From an uncultured Parachlamydiaceae bacterium (GTDB lineage: Bacteria > Chlamydiota > Chlamydiia > Chlamydiales > Parachlamydiaceae), in NCBI GenBank assembly GCA_963742415.1, contig CAVULX010000004.1, positions 192,001 to 256,000 of the forward strand: a DNA stretch of 64,000 nucleotides, given 5' to 3'. The position numbers and the translations under genes are program-made. The notes under the pieces were generated by a model. The model was not told where the DNA came from and did not search any database. It saw only the letters and a list, made by a program, of their open reading frames with translations. This document shows positions 47,554 to 59,697 of this stretch, in pieces. Every line of letters starts with the position of its first letter. Position 1 is the stretch's first letter.

Positions 47554-48750
47554 ATGGATATCGAGGCGCATAATCTCAAAATTGTATTGATACTCACGGT
47601 GGGTTTTGCGTTTGCAAGCCTATTAGGATATCTTTCCCATCGTTGCAAACTATCCCCCCTTTTAGGTTATTTATTGGCAGGCTATTTGATAGGCCCTTAT
47701 TCCCCAGGATTTGTCGCTGATTTGAAAACTGCCGAGCAATTAGCTGAAATTGGCGTGATCTTAATGATGTTTGGAGTAGGGCTTAACTTCAAGTGGCAAG
47801 ACTTAATGGCGGTGAAGCGGATCGCCATCCCAGGGGCCATAGGCCAAACATTGGTGGCTTCGTTGGTAGGCACATTGCTTATTTATAGCGTCGGATGGAC
47901 GTTGGAATCGGGGATTATTTTTGGATTGGCCATTGGGGTGGCCAGCACCGTTGTTCTTGTACGGATACTCTCAGATCATAAGTTATTGAGCACCCCTGAA
48001 GGGCACATTGCAATTGGATGGCTCGTTGTTGAGGATATTATCACCGTAGCTGTTTTGATCTTAATTCCCACCTTAGCCACAGCTTATAAAGGGAATGAAG
48101 TTGCAGTAGGGTCCATCGGTTTGACGATGGCTTTTTTGATTTTCAAATTCATTATCCTTATTGTTCTAATGTTTACCTTAGGCCAGAAGCTTGTCTCTTT
48201 CATCCTCACCAAGATAGTCCTTGCCCATTCCCACGAGCTTTTCACCTTAACAATATTGGCTTTGACTTTTGTTATAGCCACAGGCTCTTCGCTAATATTT
48301 GGGACCTCCATTGCTTTAGGAGCCTTTATTGCCGGGATGGTCATCGGACAAACGGAAGTGCGGCAGCAAGCCCTTGTCCACTCTTTGCCGATGAAAGATA
48401 CTTTTGTGGTTATTTTTTTTATCACAGTCGGCATGCTCTTTAATCCCTATGTTATTGTGGAGCATTTTTTTCTTTTTGGCGGGGTTTTGGCTATCATCCT
48501 CTTTGTAAAGCCTTTAACGGCTTTTATTATTTCTCTAGCCCTTAAATATCCCGTGAAAACAGCCGTGATAGTATCTATCGCTCTTGCACAAATCGGAGAA
48601 TTTTCCTTTATCCTTGCCGAAGAGGCGATGCGATTGGATATTTTACCAGATGATGGGTATGACATTATAGTTGCGTGCGCCCTGGTTTCGATAGCGTTAA
48701 ATCCTCTATTTTTTTCATTAGGTTGCCATTTCCAATCAAAAAAACATTGA
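47554..48750 (+). CDS. CPA2 cation:proton antiporter (YbaL/RosB-like), TM domain only
   Basis: GYLLAG, LAEIGVILMMFGVGL, VEDI and LAQIGEFSFIL motifs. Confidence 0.88.
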   Translation: MDIEAHNLKIVLILTVGFAFASLLGYLSHRCKLSPLLGYLLAGYLIGPYSPGFVADLKTAEQLAEIGVILMMFGVGLNFKWQDLMAVKRIAIPGAIGQTLVASLVGTLLIYSVGWTLESGIIFGLAIGVASTVVLVRILSDHKLLSTPEGHIAIGWLVVEDIITVAVLILIPTLATAYKGNEVAVGSIGLTMAFLIFKFIILIVLMFTLGQKLVSFILTKIVLAHSHELFTLTILALTFVIATGSSLIFGTSIALGAFIAGMVIGQTEVRQQALVHSLPMKDTFVVIFFITVGMLFNPYVIVEHFFLFGGVLAIILFVKPLTAFIISLALKYPVKTAVIVSIALAQIGEFSFILAEEAMRLDILPDDGYDIIVACALVSIALNPLFFSLGCHFQSKKH

Positions 48751-48810
48751 CATTTTCACTAAGCGGTTGCTATGTAGAACTTTGATTTGGCACTCAAAAT
48801 TGAGAAAAAT

Positions 48811-49165
48811 GTGGATTTTTTACCGGTTTATATTTATTTCGGGTTTGTTTTTCTTGTAACTCTTGTCATTCTTCTCCTCTCAGCCCTTGTCCCCTCTGAT
48901 AAATCAACTCCAGTGAAATTTTTGCCTTATGAATCGGGAATACAAACAGAAACTCATCTTTTGCAAAAACGTTTTCCCCTTCGTCACTATCTGGTCGCGC
49001 TGATTTTTCTTGTTTTTGACATTGAAGTGATTTTTCTTTATCCATGGGCAGTTGTTGGAAAGACCATTGGGGCATTTGCCTTTTATGAAATGGCCTTTTT
49101 TTTAGTGGCTCTCTTGGTTGGCTTTGCCTATGTTTGGCGAAAAAAAGGACTTACAATGGGAATAA
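48811..49165 (+). CDS. nuoA: NADH-quinone oxidoreductase A (apparent +1 indel near 49153 fuses it to nuoB)
   Basis: PYESG and [15 protein letters not shown] motifs; removing one A restores ...WRKKGL(T/Q)WE*. Confidence 0.85.
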
Positions 49166-49645
49166 CACCTCAAGAAAAAACTCCATTTTTAGTTGCCCCT
49201 TTAGAAAAATTAATTAATTGGGCGCGGGAAAATTCCCTTTGGCCAGCGCAATTTGGCCTGGCTTGCTGTGCGATCGAAATGATGTCGACAGCTGCAAGCC
49301 GCTACGATATGGCTCGCTTCGGCATGGAAGTGTTTCGAGCCTCGCCTCGCCAAAGCGATGTGATGATTGTTGCAGGACGTGTAAGCCAAAAAATGGCGCC
49401 TGTTTTAAAAACAGTTTACGACCAGATGCTTGATCCAAAATGGGTCATTGCCATGGGGGATTGCTCTTCATGCGGAGGAATTTATAACAATTATGCCATT
49501 ATCCAAGGGGTTGATAAAATCGTTCCGGTCGATGTTTATGTGGCAGGCTGCCCTCCTCGACCTGAAGCTTTACTTGATGGCCTCATTCTGCTGCAGAAGA
49601 AAATCAAGACGAGACCGTCCTATAAGCGGAAAGAGGCACTCATGA
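49156..49645 (+). CDS. nuoB: NADH-quinone oxidoreductase B
   Basis: [18 protein letters not shown] and GCPPRPEAL motifs; probable frameshift near the 3' end (ATGA overlap with nuoC). Confidence 0.88.
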
Positions 49646-50170
49646 AAACAGCGGAAGCTAGTCCAACAGGTCAAAAGCAACTTTGGAAACGCTGTCCTCA
49701 ACGAAAAAGAGTTCATAGGGGAAACGACCCTCGAAATTGGTAAAACAGAATTTGAAAGAAGTTCTTGGCATTTCTCAAGACTGCACGCCAGAACCTGGAT
49801 ATGAAGTTTTGATGGATTTGACAGGAGTCGATTATCTCGAGCCCATCACAACACACTAAAGTCGTCTATTGGCTTCACAATCCCGACCAATTATGAACGT
49901 GTGCGCATTGTGACGTCTTTATCGCACGGGATGAAACCTTGACCTTCTGTGACAGATCTTTGGGAAGGAGCTGATTGGTATGAAAGAGAGCTCTATGATT
50001 TATTTGGAGTCCAATTTGAAGGGCATCCCGATTTAAAGCGAATCTTGATGCCTGATGATTGGATAGGACATCCTTTGCGTCGCGATTATGCTTTGACAGA
50101 AGAACCTGTTGAATTTAAACATGGTGTAAAACCAAAAGTGCCTCGGAAATTATTCCATATGTCAAAAACG
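49642..50170 (+). pseudogene. nuoC: nuoC, multiply frameshifted (artefact or decay); 3' end approximate
   Basis: Fragments LMDLTGVDYL and [38 protein letters not shown] lie in different frames. Confidence 0.75.
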
Positions 50171-51375
50171 ACAACTGAAAAGGGCCAGAACAAAAACTGT
50201 CCGGCGATATCATGGAGCTCAATTTAGGGCCTCAGCATCCCTTCGACACATGGTGTGTTGCGCCTCAAACTGCAGCTTGATGGCGAGATCGTTATTTCAG
50301 CAGAACCTGTGATCGGCTATCTTACATACAGGCGTTGAAAAAGAATGCGAAACGCGCACCTATCATGCAAGTTTTTACATTGATCGATCGCCTGGATTAT
50401 CTTTCAGGACCTGCTGAAGAGCAGGCTTTTGCCGGCGGCTGTCGAAAGGTTAATGAATGTCGAAGTACCTGAACGAGCTCAGACAATCCGGCTTATGCTT
50501 CTTGAGCTATCCCGAATTGCAAGCCACTTGCTATGGCTGGGAACAAGTGCTCTTGAATTCAATATGTCATCCGTCTACATGTATTGCTTTGCAGAGCGGG
50601 AAAAAATTTTGGATCTTTTTGAAGAGATGTCCGGAGCACGGATGTTTCCCTCTTGCTGGCGGATCGGGGGATTAGCTTATGATCTGAATCCCGGATTTGA
50701 AGCAGACGTGCGGCAGTTTTTAAAAGAATTTCCCTCGACACTTGGAAAGATCTGGATAACTTGCTGACCAATAATTATGTCTGGTGCGAACGGCTGCAAG
50801 GAGTTGCGATCATCGACAAGGAACTCTGCAAACAATTTATGTGCACAGGACCTGTCATTCGCGCTGCCGGCGTTCCTTATGATATTCGCAAAGTCTATCC
50901 TTATCTTGGATTATGAAACATTATCAATTTGATATCCCACGTTAACTGAAGGGGATTCCTATGCACGTTATTTGGTGCGCATGGAAGAAATGAAGCAAAG
51001 CGCTTCCTGGTTGAACAAGGCTTTGAATAAACTGAAACCAGGACCGTCATTGACAGATAACCGAAAAGTGGCCTGCCGCCTCGCAGCAGAACTTGCACGC
51101 AGCATGGAAGCTGTCATCCATCAATTTAAACTGGTCAGCGAAGGAATCCATCCCCCTGCAGGAGAGCTTTATCATTGTGTGGAATCAGCCCGAGGAGAAC
51201 TGGGATATTATCTTGTCAGCGATGGAAGCAATCGACCCTATCGATTGCGAGTTCGTTCCCCTTCATTTCCCCATGTTGAAGTATTGAAAAAAGTTCTTGC
51301 CAGGGCTATATTTTATCCGATGTTGTGGTGGCAATTGCCAGTGTTGATCCAATTTTAGGAGATGTAGACCGCTAA
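50159..51375 (+). pseudogene. nuoD: nuoD, multiply frameshifted (artefact or decay)
   Basis: [44 protein letters not shown] and terminal GDVDR* are split across frames. Confidence 0.8.
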
Positions 51376-51888
51376 TGCTAAGTGAAAAAACAAACAATGC
51401 CATTTTAGAATTGCAGAAAGTAATATCCAGAAAAGCGATCTGCTTAATTCCTGCTCTTCATTTAGCGCAAGCAGAAGTAGGGTATCTGCCCCGCGAAATC
51501 CAAAATGAAGTTGCCGATCTTTTCGGAATCGATCCTAATGAAGTGAATGCTGTCGTCACATTTTACGATATGTTTTTTGAAGAACCGTGGGAAAACATTT
51601 GATTCATGTTTGCAAAAATGTCTCCTGCATGCTGCGCGGAGCGATGAGTTGATTACAGAGTTATGCCGTAAACTTCAAATAGCGCCAGGGGAAACAAGCA
51701 GCGATGGGGAATTTACCGTCATTCCTTCGGAATGCTTGGCAGCTTGCGATCAGGCTCCCGATGATGCTTGTCGATGATAAAGTTATCGGACCTGTTAATG
51801 GAAGAAGATTCGACAAATATTGGATGAAGCGAAAAAAGGACCGGGTCATTCTCCTGCGGCCGAAAGGATGGAGGCTGAGCATGCCTGA
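51375..51888 (+). pseudogene. nuoE: nuoE, frameshifted
   Basis: LIPALHLAQ, VTFYDMF, CKNVSCMLRG and ECLAACDQAP fragments. Confidence 0.78.
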
Positions 51889-53184
51889 AATGCGCATTTT
51901 GATGGCACATATCAGATGAGCCCGATCAATGCAACATCGAAACATATGAAAGAAATGGGGGCTATCAAGCAATCCGAAAAGCAATTCCTCAGATTCCACC
52001 AGCACATCTTGTCGAAATGGTGAAAGAATCTGGCTTGCGCGGAAGAGGAGGAGCTGGTTTTCCTACAGGAATGAAATGGGGATTTATCCCCAAAGATCCC
52101 GCCGCAGAAATATTTAGTTTGCAACTGCGATGAAAGCGAACCCGGAACATTTAAAGATCGGCTGCTAATTGAACATGATCCTCATCAGCTGATTGAAGGG
52201 ATCATTTTATGCCAGTTATGCCATTGGAGCCAATAACATGCTTTCATTTATTGCCGCGGCGAATTTTTTGAAGGGACTGTCCAAATTACATAATGCAGTC
52301 GATCAAGCCAAAAAGAAGGGATATCTTGGGCAAAAATATTTTCGGAACTCGATTATTCTTTGGAAATTGTTGTCCATCCGGAGCTGGAGCTTACATTGCA
52401 GGAGAAGAAACAGCTCTTGCTCAATTCTTTAGAAGGATATCGAGCGACACCGCGGCTAAAGCCCCCTTTTCCAGCTGTTGCCGGGCTTTATGAAAAGCCG
52501 ACTATCATCAATAATGTCGAAACATTATGCAATGTCGTGCATATCGTCAACAGGGGCGTCGAATGGTTTCAAAAAATTGGCAAGCCCAAAAATACAGGAA
52601 CAAAAATTTTTCAAATCAGCGGTCATATACAAAAGCCCGGATGTTATGAATTTCCTTTAGGAGTAACTCTTAAGAGAAGTTTTGGAGACTGCTGGAGGAA
52701 TGCTCCCGGCAGGAAATTTAAAGCGTGCTATCCAGGCGGCTCTTCTTGCGCTCTTTTGACTGAAAGGGATCTTGGATATTTCGATGGATTTTGAAACTCT
52801 TGCAGCTCGAGGATCAGCCTTGGAACAGCTTCGATTATTGTGATGGATGATTCAGCCGATATGGTCAAAGTGGCTCATCGCTTGATGCAGTTTTATCAAA
52901 ATGAATCGTGCGGAAAATGCACCCCCTGCCGGGAAGGAACACGTTGGATGGTCCAAATTTTGGCTCGGATTGAAGCAGGCGAGGAACAATTTGGGACTTA
53001 AATGTTATTGAACATGTTTGCAAGAGCATGGAGACTCAATTCCTTTTGTCCACTAGCTGTTGGAGCAGCACCTCCTATCGTCAGCGCGATTCAGGAATTT
53101 AAAGATGAATTTGAAGCTTATATCCAACGAAATCCTAAGGCAAACAAACGCCCAGAAATGAAAATAGCATACCCCTACGTTTAA
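51881..53184 (+). pseudogene. nuoF: nuoF, multiply frameshifted
   Basis: [41 protein letters not shown] and ESCGKCTPCREG fragments. Confidence 0.8.
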
Positions 53185-53186
53185 TT

Positions 53187-55548
53187 ATGACTGAGCAAAC
53201 AATCATTCAAGCAGTGCACTTGACCATCGACGGCAAGGAGGTCGTTGTCCCAAAGGGACTACTGTCTATACTGCCGCAAACAAGCAGGAATCGATATTCC
53301 AATTTTTTGCTATCACGATCGGATGCCTCCTTTTGGCGCTTGCCGCATGTGCTTGGTCGAAGTGGAAAAAATGGCTAAACTGCAAACCTCCTGCACATTA
53401 GAAGCAACAGAAGGGATGGTCGTAAAAACTCAAAGCTCACCTGGCAGTCGAAGGGCAGGAAGGGATCTTAGAATTTTTGCTGATCAACCATCCCCTCGAT
53501 TGTCCCATTTGCGACCGGGGAGGAGAATGCCCTCTGCAGGATCAAACGCTCAAATTTGGTCCAGGTAAAAGCCGCTTTTTCGAAGAGAAACGTCATTTTA
53601 AAAAGCCTCTGCCTTTAGGTCCTGTCCTGATGCTCGATCGCGAACGCTGCATCGTATGCGCTCGCTGTACCCGTTTTGGTGATCTCATCGCTGGAGATCA
53701 TGCTCTAGAATTTATTGAACGGGGATTTAAAACTGAAGTGGGAACGCCCGATGGAGGGCCTGCTGAATCAAAATTCATCGGAAATACAATCATGATCTGC
53801 CCTGTAGGTGCCCTGACAAGCGAAGTCTATCGCTTTCGTGCACGTCCTTGGGATAATGATCAAACTAAAAGCACTTGCACTTTGTGTCCTGTTGGCTGCA
53901 GCATGATTTTTGATTCCCGCGATGGCGAAATTATGCGTACCCGTTCTTGTGAAAACCAGGATGTCAACGACATCTGGCTGTGCGACAAGGGATGGTTTGG
54001 CTATGAATTTACTTCCCATCCAGACCGGCTGCAGACCCCTTTGATCAAACATCGGGATAGTTTTCAAACGGCTAGCTGGGATGAAGCGCTTTCCATCATT
54101 GCTGAAAAAATCAAGCCAGCCAACCGAAAGGAAAGCTCGCAGCGCTTGGGGGGCATCCTTTGACGACGGAAGAAAATTATCTGTTTCAAAAGTTGATGCG
54201 GGAAGGTTGCCAAATAAAACACATGGACTCTCGCCTCGGGCTTCCCATTTTTTCTTTGTCGGAAGAAGGGATGGCCCCCGGGATGGAGATGTCGATAGGG
54301 GAGTGTGAAGAATTATCCTATACCATCCTTTTAGGGTTGGATTTGACTGAAGAATTTCCGGTCGTTTGGCTGCGGCTAAAACAGGCGATCAATCGTGGAG
54401 CCAGGGTGATTTTCATCGGCCATTTCGCTCCTGAAATAGCACCTCACCTAGCAAAGACAGTTTTACATGCTCCAGGAGAAGAATTGCAAGCGATCAAGCA
54501 AAATTTGTCCCTAATAACTTCTCTAGGAAAAGAAGGAAAAAAAGGCGCCTTTTTTGTCGGCAGGCAATATTTAGCGTCTTCCGAACGATCCCCCATTTTG
54601 TCCGAATTAGCCAAGATCCAAAAAACTATACCGGGCCTTTCCCTTAACGTGATGGAGGGGAAAGGGAACAGCATGGGAGCCCGCTTTGCCGGCATGCATC
54701 CAGAGCTAGGACCTCTTGGACAGCGGCTAAAGAACCCAGGTCTCAATGCCATTCAAATCATTGAAGCTGCGGCGCAAACTGGTTGGGATTTCCTTTATGT
54801 AGCTGGTGTCGACCTAATCAAACATTTTCCTCCAACCCTTTGGAAGCAAGCGCGTCAAAAGCTTGGCTTTATGGTTGTCCAAGATCTCTTTTTAACTGAA
54901 ACAGCTGAACAAGCAGACGTTGTTCTTCCAACCTTATCTTTTGCTGAAAAATGGGGCTCTTTTGTCAATATCGAGGGGAGGGTGCAAAAGCTCTTTCCAG
55001 GAAAAGAGATCCCTCAATCTCTTTACAGCGATGGTGAGATTTTTCGCCGTCTTGCCGAGAAGATGAATTTGACGCTCGACCTCGACCTTGAATTTACAGA
55101 AGCTTTAAAACAAAACCGTTTTTCTTTAAATCGGCCAGAACAAATTGAGCCGGGTCAAACAAAGGAAGCTAAAAGGGAAGATGGAACTTTGAGAGCCACC
55201 TTTGCATCGGTTCTTTTTGATGAGGGGACACGGATGAGGCATGACCTCCATTTGAGTAAGCTAACGCCAGAACAGTGTGTGCGCTTAAATTCCTTCGAAG
55301 GGGCAAAAAGGGGGATCCGAACCGGTGATCGAGTACGTTTGACTAATAATGGCCATTCGATCCATGTCAAAGTAAAACTGGATGAGCGGGTTGCTAATGA
55401 GACAGTTATCGTGCCCTTAGGTTTTAGCCAAATACCGGCCCACGAATTTGGCTCAAATCTCATGAATGGGTTGCCGGTGAATGTCGAGCATGAAAAAAAA
55501 TTGCCAAATAGCCCTAAACCATCAAAAGAGGAATTGCACGGTGGTTGA
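53187..55548 (+). pseudogene. nuoG: nuoG, frameshifted near 53250, 53450 and 54130
   Basis: GACRMCLVE, NHPLDCPICDRGGECPLQD, RCIVCARC, CTLCPVGC and WLCDKG motifs. Confidence 0.82.
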
Positions 55549-56517
55549 CAGTGTTATCATCATTGCCATCAAATGCTTAGTCCTGATTCTGGTGCTTTTT
55601 GGGGCGGCTGCCTATATGACACTATTAGAACGGGTGCTCATCGCCCGGATGCAATTGCGCCTTGGTCCAAACCGGGTGGGCCCTTTAGGCCTCCTACAAC
55701 CTATTGCAGATGGGATCAAGCTCCTTACGAAAGAGAGGTTTCAACCTGCAGGAGTGGAAAAATTCACCTACTGGCTTGCCCCAGGAATTTCTGTTTTTAT
55801 TGCTTTATTCGTCTTCGTCTTGATTCCCATAGGGGGGACAGTTCAAATTGGAGGGCATCAAGTCGAGCTCTATATTGCAGATATCAACGCAGGGATCGTA
55901 TTTTTGCTGGCTTTCTCCTCGTTAGCTGTTTATGGTGTGGTTTTGGCAGGATGGTCTTCCAATAATCGTTATTCTCTTCTAGGAGGATTACGCGGAACAG
56001 CGCAAATGATCAGCTATGAAATTCCTATGGGTCTATCCCTTCTCACGGTTGTGCTTGCAGCCGGAACACTTAGCCTTCCCGAAATTGTTGAAGCTCAGCG
56101 GCAGCATGGTTTATTTGGACTAATCCGATTGGCTTTATCATCTACTTGATCACGGCTTTTGCCGAAACGAACCGCGCGCCTTTCGATCTGCCAGAGGCTG
56201 AGCAAGAGCTAACCGCGGGATATCATACGGAATACGGGGGGATGAAGTTTGCCATGTTTTTTCTTGCGGAATACATCAACATTTTGGCTGTATCTGCCAT
56301 TGCCGTGACCCTTTTTCTTGGAGGATGGCAAGGGCCAGGGGAAATTCCGGTCGTTTGGTTCTTCGTAAAAGTTGCCCTTTTCGTTTTCTTTTTCATGTGG
56401 GTGCGGGCCACGATGCCGCGGTTCCGCTATGACCAGCTGATGAGCTTTGGTTGGAAAGTGTTGATCCCTGTTGCGACGGTCAATTTAATTGTAACTGCTT
56501 ATTTTAAATTGGTATGA
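55541..56517 (+). CDS. nuoH: NADH-quinone oxidoreductase H (one frameshift near 56100)
   Basis: [22 protein letters not shown] and [17 protein letters not shown] in two frames. Confidence 0.87.
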
Positions 56518-56518
56518 A

Positions 56519-56992
56519 ATGAAACAAAAATTTCGTCAAGTGTTGTCGATGTTTGTGGGTCTCTTAATCGTCTTGAAACACATTTTCAGACGCCCCATCA
56601 CCATCCAGTATCCAGAAGAAAAGCGGAAGCTGCCAGTCCGTTCACGCGGACGCCACTATCTGACAAAATGGGAAGATGGCAAGGAGCGTTGTGTCGGATG
56701 TGAATTATGCGCCATTGTTTGCCCTTCTCAAGCGATTTATGTAAAACCTGCCGAAAATAATCCTGAGGATCCCCATTCCCATGGAGAGCGGTATGCCTCC
56801 GATTTCCAGATCAATATGCTTCGATGCATTTTTTGCGGCTATTGCGAGGAGGCGTGTCCCACAGGCGCTATTATTCTAGGTAATGATTACGAGCTTTCAG
56901 CCGATACACGGGAAGAGCTGATTTATACCAAAGATATGCTGACGGAAAAAAATCCAGGCGACTCCGGACGGGATCCAAAGAGGGAGATTTAA
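56519..56992 (+). CDS. nuoI: NADH-quinone oxidoreductase I
   Basis: Two CxxCxxCxxxCP motifs and TIQYPEE. Confidence 0.95.
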   Translation: MKQKFRQVLSMFVGLLIVLKHIFRRPITIQYPEEKRKLPVRSRGRHYLTKWEDGKERCVGCELCAIVCPSQAIYVKPAENNPEDPHSHGERYASDFQINMLRCIFCGYCEEACPTGAIILGNDYELSADTREELIYTKDMLTEKNPGDSGRDPKREI

Positions 56993-56998
56993 GCTGAT

Positions 56999-57516
56999 AT
57001 GACCACCTCCATCCCCATCCCCGCTTCCATACAAGGTGTTCTAGGTCTCCTGCTTCTTGTTTCCTCTTTAGGGGTTTTAGTCTTGCCTAAACCTGTCCAT
57101 GCCAGCCTTTCTTTTTTGGTATCTCTTTTGATGCTAGCTGTATTTTATCTTGAGCTTTCAGCGCAATTTATTGCTGTGATGCAAGTTTTAGTTTATGCAG
57201 GAGCCATTCTGGTGATTTTTATGTTCGTGATTATTCTCTTCCAAGATGCCCACGAGCAAATCGCCAAATATGAAGCTAAAAGCGCTCCTTTTATTTTGTG
57301 CATCGCCGGGGCTCTTTTTTATTGTCCCTTTTGTATCTTGGAGAACAATTCAAAGACATTGTTCCTTCAAGGCAGGAGTTGCCAAAAGAATTTGGCACTG
57401 TGGAAGCGCTAGGAAAAGCTCTCTATGTGGATTTCTTCTTCCCATTCGAAGCAGTCATTTTACTGTTTTTAATTGCTGTCATTGGGGCAGTTTACATAGG
57501 AAAAAAGGTAAAATAG
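56999..57516 (+). CDS. nuoJ: NADH-quinone oxidoreductase J (one frameshift near 57310)
   Basis: QVLVYAGAILVIFMFVI, then PFEAVILLFLIAVIGAV in another frame. Confidence 0.85.
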
Positions 57517-57816
57517 ATGGATCTCTCATATATCATCATCATCAGCATGGCAATGTTTGCAATAGGGATCATAGGTGTTCTTGTTAAACGAAATGCCCTC
57601 ATTTTCTTTTTGTCTATCGAGATGATGATGAATGCAGCGAATCTTCTTTTTGTGACGTTTTCACACTATTGGGGAAATCAGACCGGCTTAGTCTGGGTGT
57701 TTTTTGTCCTAGTCGTCGCGGCTGCCGAAGCGGCGGTAGGTTTGGCCATCATCATCAATTTATTCCGTTCAAAACAGGTTGTCGATGTCGATCAATACAA
57801 TTCATTAAGAGGTTGA
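57517..57816 (+). CDS. nuoK: NADH-quinone oxidoreductase K
   Basis: SIEMMMNAANL and VAAAEAAVGLA motifs. Confidence 0.95.
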   Translation: MDLSYIIIISMAMFAIGIIGVLVKRNALIFFLSIEMMMNAANLLFVTFSHYWGNQTGLVWVFFVLVVAAAEAAVGLAIIINLFRSKQVVDVDQYNSLRG

Positions 57817-59688
57817 ATGCAATACGCCATCTGGTCAGGACTGTTTTTACCGTTAGCAGGATTTCTTGTCTTATTAATAAGCGCTTTTAGGATCAAGCGC
57901 AGTTTTGCAGGGATTCTCGCTTGTACCACAATCTTCCTTTCGTTCTTATGCTTTTCTACCCTTTTATTGATGTACAACCATACAGGGGGTACCCCCGTTA
58001 CTTTTGTTTTATACCCATGGATCCCCATAGAAGGGATTCAAGCCGATGTGAGCTTGCGCCTTGACTCCCTCTCGCTTCTAATGACGCTCATAATTACCGG
58101 CGTAGGTTTTTTGATTCATGTTTATTCCATCGGCTACATGCAGCATGATGAAGATTTTGCCCGCTATTTTGCCTGCTTGAATTTTTTTGTCTTTGCCATG
58201 CTTCTCCTCGTGCTTGCTGCTAATCTTCCATTGCTTTTTGTAGGTTGGGAAGGGGTGGGCTTAGCATCCTATCTCTTGATCGGTTTTTGGTATTCCCGCC
58301 CTGCGGCAGCACGTGCAGCCACAAAAGCTTTTGTCGTCAATAGGGTCGGCGACTTAGGGCTCTTGGTTGGTTTGCTCCTCACTTTTTATATTTTTAGAAC
58401 AGGGGATATCGCCACCGTCATCGATCACGCTGGGCATGAATTTCCCGTTGGAGCACCAATTCTGACAGTTCTCACAATACTTTACTTTATTGGCGCTACA
58501 GGAAAGTCCGCACAATTGCCGCTCCATACATGGCTTCCTGATGCCATGGAGGGTCCCACCCCTGTTTCCGCTTTGATCCATGCGGCAACGATGGTGACAG
58601 CGGGGGTCTACTTAGTTGTCAGAATGCATCCTGTCTTTATGCAGTCGCCTACAACATTATTCATCATCGGTGCTATCGGAGCGGTCACCTCCCTTTTTGC
58701 CGCTCTATGCGCTTTGGGGCAAACCGATCTCAAGCGGGTGTTGGCTTATTCCACAGTGAGCCAATTGGGGTTGATGTTTATGGCTTGCGGCATTGGGGCT
58801 TTCTTTACGGCTATGTTTCACCTAACAACTCATGCCTTCATCAAAGCGCTGCTCTTCCTGTCTGCGGGAAATGTCGTCCACATGATGCACGATACCACAG
58901 AGATGGAAAAAATGGGGGGGCTTTCAAAATACTTTCCCCAAACACAATGGATGTTTTTAATCGGCGTTCTTGCGATGGCCGGAATTCCTCCCCTTGCTGC
59001 TTTTTTCAGTAAGGACTTAATCTTAGAGCAGGAGCATTTAGCAGGATTTGATATTCTATTTTACATCGGAATGACCGCTTCGATTTTGACGGGTATTTAC
59101 TTAATTCGTGCCTATTTCTTGACGTTTAGAGGATCTTCCCATGTAGAGGGGGACATTTCAGAAACAATCAAAGAGGCCCCCAAAGTCATGCTTGTACCTG
59201 TTTTTCTTTTGGCAATTCTGTCGATCTGTGGAGGATTCCTGGGCTTTTCCTTCAATGAAACACCTATCTTAGAAAGGTTTCTGGCTGAATTAGGTCTCAC
59301 ACCAATAGAGAAAAACCTCAACACAAGTTTCCTTTTCGAGCCTGCCACACTATTATCGGTGGTTGGAGCTTTGATTGGCATAGGTGTGACGGCGGCACTT
59401 TATACCCGGTTTGCCGACAAGTTGGGTTCTCCTTTGACTATTTTAAGAAAATCATTCTTTATTGATGAAATTTATTGGGGAGCTATTGTGTTTCCTTTAC
59501 GATCGATCGCCCAGTTTATCGCGGCGATCCTAGAACCTAAATTTTTTGACGGGTTGATCCGTTTTGCTACTCAAACCGTTCAGGTTTTCGCGTACGGTCT
59601 TCAGCGATTGCAAAGCGGTGCCATCCGCTCTTACGTGGCTTGGATGGTCGTTGGGACAGTGATTTTAATCGCCTATTTTGCTTTTTAA
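57817..59688 (+). CDS. nuoL: NADH-quinone oxidoreductase L
   Basis: GWEGVG and GKSAQLPLHTWLPDAMEGPTPVSALIHAATMV motifs. Confidence 0.96.
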   Translation: MQYAIWSGLFLPLAGFLVLLISAFRIKRSFAGILACTTIFLSFLCFSTLLLMYNHTGGTPVTFVLYPWIPIEGIQADVSLRLDSLSLLMTLIITGVGFLIHVYSIGYMQHDEDFARYFACLNFFVFAMLLLVLAANLPLLFVGWEGVGLASYLLIGFWYSRPAAARAATKAFVVNRVGDLGLLVGLLLTFYIFRTGDIATVIDHAGHEFPVGAPILTVLTILYFIGATGKSAQLPLHTWLPDAMEGPTPVSALIHAATMVTAGVYLVVRMHPVFMQSPTTLFIIGAIGAVTSLFAALCALGQTDLKRVLAYSTVSQLGLMFMACGIGAFFTAMFHLTTHAFIKALLFLSAGNVVHMMHDTTEMEKMGGLSKYFPQTQWMFLIGVLAMAGIPPLAAFFSKDLILEQEHLAGFDILFYIGMTASILTGIYLIRAYFLTFRGSSHVEGDISETIKEAPKVMLVPVFLLAILSICGGFLGFSFNETPILERFLAELGLTPIEKNLNTSFLFEPATLLSVVGALIGIGVTAALYTRFADKLGSPLTILRKSFFIDEIYWGAIVFPLRSIAQFIAAILEPKFFDGLIRFATQTVQVFAYGLQRLQSGAIRSYVAWMVVGTVILIAYFAF

Positions 59689-59697
59689 GGTGGGTGC

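Noticed and set aside
48787..49743. Genuine NuoA-NuoB fusion protein
   Set aside because: Deleting one A near 49153 restores the usual NuoA W-E-stop ending overlapping the nuoB ATG, and the region is indel-rich
49140..54160. Programmed frameshifting or an alternative genetic code in nuo
   Set aside because: The shifts go in both directions at unrelated contexts, and all other genes read normally under code 11
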